Assembly: GCF_028641065.1 (NCBI RefSeq)
Contig: NC_073380.1
Coordinates: 65,906,001 to 65,970,000, forward strand
Direction of reading: 5' to 3'
Length of the DNA stretch: 64,000 bases
Source: Leucoraja erinacea
Lineage: Eukaryota
Positions 40,057-52,544 of the stretch are shown piece after piece. Below the pieces are notes generated by a model. It worked only from the letters and a program-made list of their open reading frames with translations. It ran no database searches and was not told the DNA's origin. Within the stretch, counting starts at the first letter, position 1; every line of letters begins with the position of its first letter. The position numbers and the translations under genes are program-made.

Positions 40057-40989
40057 GTGAACATGATTTCGGCGGCCCACAGACAGTCCACCAAAAAACA
40101 GTATCTGGTCTATATCAGGAAGTGGGAGATGTATTGTCACAAAAACAGCATCACCTACAGAGAAATGAACATCCCGTCTGTTCTGGAATACCTGGCAGGC
40201 CTCCATTATGATGAGGGGCTCAGTTATAGTGCCATCAACTGCACCAGAAGTGCCCTGTCAATTTATCTATGGCAAGGAACAGAGTGTCACTCTGTTGGAA
40301 CTCACCCACTGGTAACAAAACTTATGAGGGGAATTTTTAATACCAATCCCCCAAGAACCAGGTACTCCCAAATATGGGATGTGAGTATTGTCCTGAAGAT
40401 GCTCAGGAATTGGTCTCCAGCAACAGCTCTGTCCCTACATAGACTGACATTAAAAACAGTCATGCTAATGGCTTTGGTCACGGCACAAAGGGTACAGTCA
40501 TTACATAAATTAAGACTGGACAACATGACTTCTTCATCTGAAAATATTACGTTTCATATTTATGAATTAGTTAAGCAGAACAGACAGGGATCAGCAGGCC
40601 TCAATATGGAATTTAGGTCTTACCCAACAGATGATCGTCTCTGTATAGTAAGACATTTGTCGTTATACATGGAGAACACGAAAATCATCAGAGGCAATGA
40701 GAAGGCACTTTTAGTCAGCCATAAGCAACCACACAAAAAAGTGACGGTCCAGACCATCTCAAGATGGCTGAAACAGGTTCTAATACAGGCTGGGGTGGAT
40801 ACTAATATTTTTAAATCTCATTCCACCAGAGCTGCAGCTACATCGGCAGCTATGCAGTTGGATGTACCAATGGACCAAATCATCAAGACAGCAGGATGGT
40901 CAGGGGAAAAAACATTCCAACTATTTTATCATAAAACAGTCATTAAACCTGGAACATTTGCAGAAACAATTTTAAGTTCTGTAATTTAA
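40057..40989 (+). CDS. DIRS tyrosine recombinase (open reading frame; true start uncertain)
   Basis: 310 aa without stops; catalytic set TAQR, K, HSTR, AGW and TFQLFY; N-terminal binding-domain-like region. Confidence 0.88.
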   Translation: MNMISAAHRQSTKKQYLVYIRKWEMYCHKNSITYREMNIPSVLEYLAGLHYDEGLSYSAINCTRSALSIYLWQGTECHSVGTHPLVTKLMRGIFNTNPPRTRYSQIWDVSIVLKMLRNWSPATALSLHRLTLKTVMLMALVTAQRVQSLHKLRLDNMTSSSENITFHIYELVKQNRQGSAGLNMEFRSYPTDDRLCIVRHLSLYMENTKIIRGNEKALLVSHKQPHKKVTVQTISRWLKQVLIQAGVDTNIFKSHSTRAAATSAAMQLDVPMDQIIKTAGWSGEKTFQLFYHKTVIKPGTFAETILSSVI

Positions 40990-42609
40990 TTTACCCCATA
41001 AATAGGGGCTATAATTTTGTGTTAATAAATTTCATGGATTTCAATGTTGGATTCATGTCTAAATTATGTTGACACAATTCCTCCTACAGTCATTAAGGCA
41101 GATGTGATGCATGGACTCGTTTCCACGGCATGAAATCACAGAGCTTTGAAATTTTCACGTAGTCACTCACGTGACTCCGAAGTAAAATAGTAAGATTAAA
41201 CGAGAACTTACCAGTTCGAAGTTTGATCGTTATTTTATGAGGAGTACATTGAGGGAATACATGCCCTCCGCTCCCACCCATGATCATATACTCAACTGGT
41301 ATTTCTTCTCTAATCTTACTATGTTTCAGTTATTACAGTTATCTGTGATTTCACACCGCTGCTTTGAAGAATGACACGCATGCGTCCTGGCGGGGTTCTT
41401 CACGTATTCCCTCAACGTACTCCTTATAAAATAACGATCAAACTTCGAACTGGTAAGTTCTCGTTTAATCTTACTATTCTGGCCTGAAATCTGTCAAAAA
41501 TCAAAGTAAGCAAAATTACCCAAACTTTCATAAAGACATAGAATAAAAAGTTATTCCTCTACTAACGCAGGATCAGAACATTTAAGTCAATTTCCATAAC
41601 AAGCGTGCCACTTTGGACAGTGAATTTCTTTAATTTAACAATACAAACACTGATGTTAAATAACAGAATTCCTTGTCAACTTTCCCAAATCAAGTTTTGT
41701 GGAAGTCGTCTTTGTGAATTATTTCCAAAGCCATCAATATTGTTCAGCTACAGTTGCATGCTGCGTTTTGATTTCAGTGCAGTAGCTGCTAAAATCCTTA
41801 TCTAATTTTGCCTTGCTGTGATACATATTATGCTCGAGAGTGCTTTTAAATGTCATATTCAGTTCTCTGCTCCCAGGTTGCGTATTTTGGTCAATGATGA
41901 CATGTGTTGGAAAGTTAGAAAACTATTTTTAGTTGATGATCTTATTACTCTCAACCACCTCGATACACTCCAGTCCTTTCCATTAGTAGACGGGTGACAA
42001 AACAGCTTAATATCTACATCCAAATGAACAATGTTCATAATTTTATCTTACAATATTTACATTAAAAGGTCAATGTTAGGTTAACTTTTTTTTAATTATT
42101 ACAGCACCCGAAGGAACAGTATTATTTATATTGCTCATTATGGAAGATCAAAGCTGAGGAGAACTCAGTGTTGCATGGCTTCATCCAGACAGCTGTATTG
42201 TGTATTGATGTTAGCCTCCTTTATTAAAAAAACTGTGGAGCACGCATTACTTTTTATTGCCATCACTGATAATTTCTCTAGCCTCGGGTTTCCAAAAAAA
42301 AATCCCCAACAATTCCACGGAATCTATTTTTTTTCAATTATAGTCTCTTCTCTAGGCAGAGGCTCACATGGCATTCCATTGACATCTTCATTGCTTCAAA
42401 ACATGTTTGATATTCTTCCTATTAGGCTCAGACTACCATTGCCAGCAAGTTACCAAACCAAGCAAATATGCTTATTCTGGTATGAATACATGAAGTTTCC
42501 ATCAGATATTTCAAGATATCATCTAGGAATTAAGATAATTCTCTTCTGCTCACTGAGGAACACTGGGGTGTATTGTATCATTTATAAAAATAAATTTAAC
42601 CATTCCCAT

Positions 42610-43165
42610 TGACAAAGATATTGTCAGAACTGGAAGGACTGAGTTATGAGGAGAAGTTGGTTTGGATAGGACTTTATTCCTTTCAGCACAAGAGGCTGAG
42701 GGATGCTCTTATAGAGGTGAATAAAATCATGATGGCAATAGATAGGGAGAATGCATATAATCTTTTTTCTCAGGAGAGTTGTATCAAGAACTGGAGGCCA
42801 AAGGTTAAGATAGGATGTAATAAGATCTTAGGTACACAAAAAAGCTGGAGAAACTCAGCGGGTGCAGCAGCATCTATGGAGCGATGGAAATAGGCAACGT
42901 TTCGGGCCGAAACCCTTCTTCAGATAATAAGATCTTGATGGGCAACTGTTTCCACACAGAGGGTGGTGAGTATATGGAATGACCTGCTAGTACAGGTACA
43001 ATAACAACATATAAAAGTCATTTGGACAGGCAGACAGATAGGAAAGAGGCTTAGAGGAATCTGGGCCAAATGCAGGCAAATTGAACTAACTTAAATGTGG
43101 TATCTTGGTCAGCATGAATGAGTTGGGTCACATGGTCTGTTTCCATGGTGTATGACTATCTAACT
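42610..43165 (+). mobile_element. CR1 3' fragment containing a nested Penelope-type insertion
   Basis: LEGLSYEEKL...RLRDALIEVNKIM; resumes after the duplication at 42925-42936. Confidence 0.8.
42830..42924 (-). mobile_element. 95-bp Penelope-type insertion with intact hammerhead core and 12-bp TSD
   Basis: TSD taataagatctt at 42818-42829 and 42925-42936; minus strand begins tCTGAAGAagggtttcggcccGAAACGTT. Confidence 0.8.
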
Positions 43166-43392
43166 CTGTTAAGTAACTGAAAACAACTCAGATATCCTAT
43201 TTTGCATGGTTCGATACATGTGCTTGGGGCAACACATTTAATTGTTGAGCTGTATGGTATGTCTTGATCCTGACTGTAGATGAATTAACAATTTAAATGC
43301 TATTATAGCCAAGTGTCGTTTTTGTCTTTCAAATGGAAATGAAATAAATGTCCCAATTATATATGTGTACACAACAGTTAACTTTCATATCA

Positions 43393-44265
43393 TGATGAGA
43401 AGGCTTACAGGAAGGAGATTGAGCACTTCTTCTGGGGCCAAGAAAATAACCTTTCCCTAAATGACAGCAAGACAATGGAGATTGTGATTGACTTCAGGAA
43501 GCGAAGCAGTACACATAGCCTGCAAAGCAGTACATATACACTGACAGCACCAAAGTTGGGATGGTTGAAAGCTTCAAGTTCCTAGGAGTAAATATCATCA
43601 ACAACTAGTCCTCGACCAGCCATATTGAAGCAATGGGTAAGAAAGCACACCAACACCTCAACTTCCTTAGAAGGCTCAGGAAGTTCAGCATGTCTACAGC
43701 AACTCTCACCAACTTCTACAGATGCGCCGTAGAAAGTATTTTATTGAGATGCAGCACAGCAGGTTTGGGAACTGTTCCATCCAAGACCGCCAGAAATTGC
43801 AGAGAATTGTGGATGCAGCCCAGACCATAGTGACAACCAACCTCACTCCCATTGATTCCATCTGCACTTCATGCTGCCTTCGCAAGACCACCATCATAAT
43901 CAAGAACCAGTCTTATCCTGGACACTCCCTCTCCTCCCTTCTCCCATCAGGCAAGAGGTACAGGAGTGTGAAAACGCACACCTCCTCCAGATTCAGGGAC
44001 AATTTCTTCTCAGCTGTTATCAGATAAGTTTATCATCCTATCACTAACTAGAGAGTGGTCCTGACCTGCCATCTACCTCATTGGAGACCCTCAGAATATA
44101 TTTTATCGGAATTTACTGGACTTTATCTTGCACTGAACACTATTCCCTTTAACTTGTATCTGTACACTATGCATGGCTTGATTTTAATCATGTATAGTCT
44201 TTCTGATGACTGGATGGCTCACAATAAAAATGCTTTTCATTATAACTCGGTAAACCAAAAACTAT
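43393..44265 (+). mobile_element. Rex1/Babar-type LINE 3' fragment
   Basis: FKFLG, KKAHQHLNFLRRLRKF...FYRCAVESIL, LPSGKRYRSVK; 3'UTR shared with 28050-28190 and 62700-62915. Confidence 0.8.
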
Positions 44266-45857
44266 AATATGCTCTATTCAAACTGTGCCTTTTTCTACAA
44301 TCACCTTATGTTACAAATTAATCATGAAAAATAACCACATTATCTTTTCATTATCCATATGTCTGAAAATCATCTTCGTGAGAATGAAATACAACAATGT
44401 ACTATTACAAGAAGTTACCTGGGAACCTATTTGAAATCAGTGCAATTTTATATGCAACCATTCTTGATTTGGTGACAACTGAAGATAGACTTTGAAATTA
44501 GATGTGCACAATTTTAGCTTGCTTTCCTGTAATATTCCATTGTAATTGAATACATGAATTCAATACTGCAAGCACTCTCTCTTCTGGAATCACTCCAACA
44601 GAAATGCTGTTCATAATAATCATTATGCATATATGAAATGTCAAATAAGACCCACGACTGTCTACTGGTTATACCAATCCTGTGGCAACATTGATTTGAT
44701 AACTGTATATGCCATTTCAGAAGCTGTAACAATATCTTGTTTTATGCAACATTTCTTACACATGATGACAAATGAAAGGCCCTGACACCAGGAGTGGACC
44801 AAGGAGTCACAGAGTAGATGTTACCAGGGGAAGGCTGGGCAAGACAATGGAGACAGAATGGTTAAATTCAGTCACTGCATAAAAAGGTTAAAAGAAGATT
44901 AATTGCCCAAATCTAATGGACCATAATAAATAATTTCTTAAAATATTTACTTTTCCAGTAAAATTGTGCACTAGTTTTGATAATTTAAAATCATATCTGT
45001 GTTCTTGTGAGCAAACAGAAATTCATTACCGATAATTAACAAAGTACAAATTCATTAATGGTAATATTCTGTGTCTCTTATACTAATCTTTATGCCACAG
45101 GGTTGATGACACAGTGAAGAGAATTTCTTTAACTTCTTCACCCATATGTTTTCAGCACTTCAATTAAAGGCGACTGGTCACCATACACTTTAGTCCCTTT
45201 ATCCTTCTCTCAGCTGTTCCTATAGATGGTTTACATTGATCTGGACATCTGTTACAGTATTTGACTACCATTTCCTGGTTGCCTCAAACTGTGCTATTTC
45301 TTAAAAATAAATGTGATCGAGGGCTTGCAAGCACTCCCCTGATCGCACTCCTTATGTTGTTCTGCAGCATAGTTATGTTAGGGAGCGAAAGAAAAAACTT
45401 ATATTCCTAAATTTGACTTCTGGAGCTCAATGGATACTATTTAGATCAATTTGGATATTTCCCAGCCTATTTGTTTGATTATATAAAATATACATTATTG
45501 GCGTAGAGTAAATATATTGAAGGTTGCATTGAAAAGCCTTCCAGCTTCGTGCGTTCGCTTGTGAGTTAAAGGGTGCAGCTTCTTCCCGAATACAAAACCA
45601 CTGTTTTTGCATGTGTGTAATAGATAATCAACTGTTCTTAAATAGTGAACACTTCTCAAACGTTGCACTATGGGTGCGGGCGAGCTGAACGCCACCCACC
45701 CCCACACTCGGCGCTCCAGAACTTCACCAAGCTGCAAGAATGCTGCTTGACGGCGCGTCAGCTCTCCTGATCCACTCGGTCGCTGTCCGTGTAGACGGGC
45801 GGGCGGGCGCGGAGATGGACGTCTTATCATGAAGCAAAAGGCAACTGTTTACACCCG

Positions 45858-46127
45858 GTGTGTGTGCATGTTTGTGCTGAGCAAGTGTGACTGTTCACAC
45901 CCGGCGTGTGTGTATGTTCTGCATCAGTGAGTGTGTGAGTGTGCGTGTGTGTGTGTATGTGTGTGAGAATGTGTATGTGTGTAAGAGTATGTGTATGTGA
46001 GAGTGTGTATGTGTGTAAGAGTATGTGTGTGTGTTTGTGAGTGTGAGTGTGAGCGTGTTTGTGAGAGTGTATGAGTGTGTGTATGTGAGATAGTGTTAAT
46101 GTGAGAGTGAGTGTGTGCACACACACA
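45858..46127. repeat. Degenerate (TG)n/(CA)n tract
   Basis: About 270 bp of interrupted TG repeats, seen directly. Confidence 0.92.
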
Positions 46128-46316
46128 GCGTCAGTAGAGCGCGGGCGGCGACGATACAACAGTGCCAGGGAAAAGGCTCAACTCGCTCTTGTCCGTCTGC
46201 ATGAAACATGTTCTCCCTGAATGTCATGTTTTTGACTTAATTGACATCGAGTGAACGGCATCCAGGTGTTCGTGCCTGTATCCGATGCGTTTATCGCCCC
46301 CGTCCACCGGTGGCTA

Positions 46317-46892
<576 letters not shown>

Positions 46893-49421
46893 TCACTGAC
46901 TTTAACTGGAGAGATTGGCGGGGGAGGCGGGCTCGTCAGCGACTGGCGAGAGCGGGGAGAAGGCGGGCACAGAGTCTGAGAGTCTGGGGAGACAGAGAGG
47001 CGGCTACAGCCGCTGGAGACATTGGAGAGGGGGAGACACGGGAACGGTCTTGAGACTGGAGGGAAGGGAAAATGGGATTGGGCATAGACATTGGAGACTG
47101 GGGTGGACACTTGGGGGGGAGGCAGGTGCAGGGCAGGCAATGGAGTGGGAAGTTGGTACAGCGAATGTGAAAACGTGGTGGACGGTAATGAGGAGGGTCA
47201 GATACAGGTACTGATACACTGGGATGAGAGGTCGGTATCTCATGGGCATTCTATGTCTGTATCTGTATCTTGACGTGTAATCACCATCACTGGTTGGTAT
47301 TGGGACTGGAGAGTGGGAGATACTGGTATATGAGTAACACAGGAGTGAAATGGATATGGAATCTGGGGAGATAAGATGGAAACCGGGACTGGGGGGAAAT
47401 GGGAAGAGATTGGCTCAAGGGACAGAGCCGTGACACGGGGTTGAAGAGAGTGAGTGCAGAGGCAGAGAATGGGGGGGGGGGGGGGGGGGGGACTGTAGAT
47501 GGGGAGAGAGGTAGCCAGGTTGTAGGGGATGATAGGGCGGGGGCTGGATACATAAGACAGAGATGCGCACGGAGACACGAGATGAGGCTGGATGAGAGAC
47601 AGGGAGGGATGGTGGCACAGAAGAGGGTGCTTCGTGGGGAACAGGAACGTGTGGGAGGCGGGCATGGGCTGTGGGGAAATGGGAGCTTGGCACGGCGTGT
47701 GGCGTAGGAGAGAGATGGGCGCATGGGATTGGATACATTGGGAAAGGAGACGGGGTGACAAACTCATGAGATTGAGGAAGGGGCAAGGACCATTGGCATA
47801 GAGATTTCAAAGGACTGAACACAGATAGTGGGTGGGCGCTGAGACTAAGGACTAATGAGGGATCGGAGGAACGGAGTCTAGAAAAGGATGAACCAATAGT
47901 AAATAACTTGTGGAGGAAAACAGCACATGATGTTTAAACCGAAGATAGACACCAGCTTTTTGTGTCTACTAAATAATTTGGTTGAGCATAGATCTCTGTC
48001 CTGTGTTTCTAAACCAGGACCTACCACCCCCTACAATCTGGCTCTCTCTCTCCCCCATCTACAGTCACGAGGTTGGTACACAGACTGATATATTGATATA
48101 GGAATCTGGGGAGGGTTACATTGGTAGACATAATGGAGGCTAGAAAAGAGGATGTACGCGAGCTGCGATGATCGGCAAGGGCGGTGGAGCAAACAGGCAG
48201 ACAATTGGGTAAAGTGAAAGATGGCTGGAAGGAGAAGGGTCTCAACCTGAAACCACCAATTCCTTCTCTCCGGAGATGTTGCCTGTCCTACTGAGTTACT
48301 CCAGCGTTCTGTGTCTATCTTCGGTGTAAACCAGCATCTGCAGTCCCTTGTTACAAATTGAATTGCTGGATAGCAGGCACACCAACTAGATGAGGCCAAC
48401 ACTAGAGGTAACGACTGAGACGAAGGCGTGGCGGTCGAAGAAAGGGTGACTGAGGGACCTGTTTGTAGTGAATGAGAGAGGGTCATGCCAACCTGGCACA
48501 AAAATAATCAGGAGAGCACACATCACTTGAAGGTGTGATGGAAAAATGAGAATGCACAGAAGCGAAAAATGGAGACGAAGAGTCATCGGAAGTATAGTAA
48601 AGAACAAACGAGGAAAAAGACGATAAACTAAACAAACTATTTAAACAGCTAACATTTAATGTTTAAACGGCATTTAAGGTTTAAAGGTTTGTTTGCAGAC
48701 ACCATTGGAAATGCGAATTATAGCAAAGATCAAGAGGAAGAATGGAGAGGGGGTGGAGGTGTAACTTTGCAAAGATATAACAAGGGAGAGGTCACCCCGG
48801 ATGGGTTGCCTTAGAAAAGGGCATGGGAGGGGGGGGGGGGGGGGGGGGGGGGATACGACAGCTAACAAGATGGGTGGATACAATTTGAAATTAATATTGG
48901 AGACTGGGTACAAAATATGAAATCCACTGGAGAATGAATATAAGCTTCACTTGGACAGTCCCTTGGGATTGAGGATGAGTTTCACTCCAGTTCTGAGAAG
49001 TGGAAGATGCCCGTGGGTGAATTCTCACCAAGCGTTACCAAAATATAGAATGTTGTTTTAATTCTTAGATAAGGTAATTTCAAGTTCTGGCATCAATAGG
49101 AATATGCAAACTTTATTTCGCAAGATAATTACTCATCGTGTGTGTAGGCAACTGAATGCCTACGCGGCCATCGATGGTGCAATTAATTTTCAAAAAGTTA
49201 TTCAAGACTCTCCAGTAAATATGGACATTACACTTTTTAGGAAACGTCAATTTTCCCAACGATTTCAACCGGCGTTCTTGCAATTGTTTGTTGGTTAATT
49301 TTATGACACAATTAACTTTTAATGTGCAAAGCCAAAAGTAGGGCCCTTTATCACTTAGGGCACCTACTGAGAATATTGCCTACATCTACGTTCATCTATA
49401 CCAATTTGCAAAAGGAATCTG

Positions 49422-49553
49422 TTCAAGAAGGAACTGCAGATGCTGGAAAATCGAAGATACACACAAATGCTGGAGAAACTCAGCGGGTGCAGCAGCATCT
49501 ATGGAGCGAAGGAAATAGGCAACGTTTCGGGCCGAAACCCTTCTTCAGACTCT
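49422..49553 (-). mobile_element. 132-bp Penelope-type insertion with 8-bp TSD
   Basis: TSD ggaatctg at 49414-49421 and 49554-49561; nearly identical to 42834-42924 over the shared part. Confidence 0.8.
49518..49551 (-). ncRNA. Putative minimal type I hammerhead ribozyme motif
   Basis: agu CUGAAGA a GGGU-UUCG-GCCC GAAA CGUU gcc: conserved core boxes, stem II with UUCG loop, palindromic AACGUU in place of stem III. Activity not shown. Confidence 0.6.
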
Positions 49554-51494
49554 GGAATCTGGCAGCTCTTGTAGCTTCGCTAAAAATTGGTTCCATTCAT
49601 TGAGATACTAAATAGATCCCATTACAACATTCCCAATCCAAAGCTCAAAGCAACAGACGCTATATGTAGCGAGAAACGCCAAACACGATTCTTAAAACAT
49701 TGGAGGAACCCTGCTCTGGTTTTGACCGTGATTGAGTGTGACACCAGATGTTGTCCAGTCTATTAAATACTGTAACCGGAATGCGTAATTTGAGAAAAAC
49801 TGCGTCACGCGGTTCCCAGAATAGAAGGAAGAATAAATATGGTTGTGGGTTTGCAGCGCTGAGCTCCGGCCACTCAGTCTCGTGGAGAACAGAGATTCGC
49901 AGAGTTGGACATTTCGCGTGGCGTTCTTCATTGTACACAGTTGTTCAGGGAACTATCATGCGGGATCGGATAGCTGTTAATGCTGTATCCGGGTAGACCC
50001 GAAAGAGTTCACGCTGATCCTTCCACCTGTACTTAGAATAATTCGAAGAGAATAATTATGATCCAAATGTATTTAAAGGAGAGTGAGGTGCAGCACATCC
50101 TGATCATATTACTCACGTAGACAAGTAGATGGAGAGTACATGGATGCTGGTCACATATCAGGTGAGGTCAACCTGCGTTTTATGATTTTATTGCAGCGGA
50201 TATGGGAATAATTGTGAGCCAAAATAAACAAAAGCGTCTGCATAACGTCACAAAACCGTCCACGCAGTTAAACGGGTTTGAATTATTCTTGAAATCCAGG
50301 ATGCTTCTTACTCCATAAAAACAACATACTGGGAATGTTACAGTTTAATATCATTTAATTAGTTGCCCTCCATTCATTTCATTCTGTTATCTGTGCACGA
50401 AAATAATATTTGAAATGTTGTCAGCTTTGAAACAATCACTGCAAGTTTTCGCAAGGAGTACCTTTCCACCTGGATTGCCAGACTTTATACATGTGGCCAC
50501 ACATCCGTTTACAACGTAAAAGCACGTCATTGGCACATTATGTGGTTCACTTTTTCAAAAATGATTTACTTCAAAACCATATACTTATTAATGGGCAAAT
50601 GACTTACTGCAACAGAAAGAAGCCTGTGCAGGAGAATCTACTGCTTGACCAACAAAAAAAAATTCCAAAGTAAAAAATGTTAATCTCCAGGCATAAACAT
50701 CCCAGTTGTCTTACGTACTGATCAAGGTTCAATGTTTCCTTTAATTTTTCAAGATTTTTTATGCAGTGGTGACGAAAGAAAGGAATAACTTATTTGCAAG
50801 AAAATGCATTACAGTTGTAATGGTTTGCAAGTGCACGTTTGGACATGATTCTATGCAGTCATAGATATTAACTTGATAGCAGGCAATCAAATATTTTTGC
50901 GTAGAAATAATTTTGGCAAATATTTTCGAGGGGAGCAAAGTAGTGAGGTGAAGTGGGCATTCTAAAACTTGGCATCTAGATAGCTGAACATATGCAACTC
51001 CACCCTCACACATGCCAGGGCAAAGGAAGTGTGTGATCTCATGAGATGAGTATCATTGGCTTAAACGATGGAGAGATAAGGTCAAGGCAGATTTTTAATT
51101 TGTTGAAAATATTGCAATTTTATAAATATGCCTTGATTGGCCAGATGCCAATATAGGCCTCAGCACATGGATGATGTTTGAATGTGGTTGTGAGTTTGGA
51201 GTACCAATATTTTGTACGTGTTCACGTTTGTGGGGATTACAGCGTTGGGGTACAACGTTGATTAGATAATGATGATGCTGGACCAATAGGAAGTATTTTG
51301 CCGATGAGGAAATGCTAAAAACTCATTTACATTATATAATTTTTTAATTGAAATGCCATGTATCAACATATACCTATTTTGTTTCCTGTAAGAGCATTCA
51401 TCACTTACAAAAACATGCATTCTCAAGGAAAGACTCCAGGACAATATGTTGTAATATTTTCACTCCAAGTTGATCCAACCTCCTTTAAGATATA

Positions 51495-52010
51495 TGAGGG
51501 AAGAAGCTGTTCCTGGACCTGCTGGTCCGGCAACGGAGAGACCTGTAGCGCCTCCTGGATGGTAGGAGGGTAAATAGTCTGTGGTTGGGGTGAGAGCAGT
51601 CCTTGATCATGCTGAGCACCCTTCGCAGACAGCGCTTGCTTTGGACAGACTCAATGGAGGGGAGTGAGGAACCGGTGATGCGTTGGGCAATTTTCACCAC
51701 CCTTGCAGTGCCTTCCAGTCGGAAACAGAGCAGTTGGAAATAAAATAAAGGAAATTCAATTCAATTCAATTCAATTCAATTCAATTCAATTCAGTTGCCA
51801 TACCATACTGTGATACGGTTGGTAAGGATGCTCTTGATGGTGCAGTGGTAGAGGTTCACCAGAATCTGAGGAGACAGATGGACCTTCTTTAGTCTCCTCA
51901 GGAAGAAGAGACGTTGGTGAGCCTTCTTGACCAGAGTTGAGGTATTGTGGGTCCAAGAGAGGTCATCAGAGATGTTGACCCCCAGGAACCTGAAGCTGGA
52001 AACACGTTCC
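51495..52010 (-). mobile_element. Rex1/Babar-type LINE 3' fragment
   Basis: VERVSSFRFLGVNISDDLSW...KKAHQRLFFLRRLKK; LPSRRRYRS...NSFFP. Confidence 0.85.
51737..51791 (+). mobile_element. 55-bp insertion (aataaa plus (ATTCA)n) with 6-bp TSD
   Basis: cagttg at 51731-51736 and 51792-51797; removing the insert restores the host LINE. Confidence 0.75.
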
Positions 52011-52157
52011 ACCCCCGCTGGGCCCATGCCACCCCTGCTGGTCCACGCCACCCTCGCTGGGCCCATGCCACCCCCGCTGGGCCCACACCACCCCCGTTGG
52101 GCCCACACCAAGCCACCCCCACTGGGCCCAAGCCACACCCGCTGGGCCCATGCCACC
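52009..52157. repeat. GC-rich ~20-bp minisatellite (ccacccccgctgggcccatg)n
   Basis: About seven variant units, seen directly. Confidence 0.9.
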
Positions 52158-52544
52158 TTCATCTTCGTCCCCCCCACCAGAAAGAGGGGGGGGATGCGGG
52201 AGGGGGAGAGAGAGAGGGGAAGGGAGGGGAGAGAGAGATGGGGGAGGGAAGAGGGAAAGGGGGATTATTTTTCGTGATTGCAAAATTAAGTTAGGTTTTA
52301 GAGCTATTATATTTTCTACTCCATATGAATAATTTTAAACAATATCAAATAAATATCAAAAAATTGGAACTGCTTTCTTTTCCTTGATAATAATACTGAA
52401 AAATATAAATTCCATAGTTTGTGACATAAATATACATTTTAATGGGATCATTATATACAGATGTAACATTTCCATTTCGAGATCGGGGGGGGGGGGGCAA
52501 ATATGCATCAAAACCGATAGCCTAATCGTTAAAGAGTTAAAAGA

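Larger units (their letters stand above)
36664..41478 (+). mobile_element. Near-complete DIRS1-type tyrosine recombinase retrotransposon, antisense in jph1 intron 1
   Basis: Left ITR 36690-36725 is inverted at 41371-41406. ICR 41154-41260 is complementary to both extreme ends (36664-36697 and 41404-41476). gag-RT-RH-MT-YR order; no obvious TSD. Confidence 0.95.

Noticed and set aside
40057-40989. Phage integrase or bacterial contamination
   Set aside because: Embedded in a DIRS retrotransposon with ITR/ICR structure inside a vertebrate intron.
45827-46159. His/Thr-rich ORFs
   Set aside because: Translation of the CA repeat.
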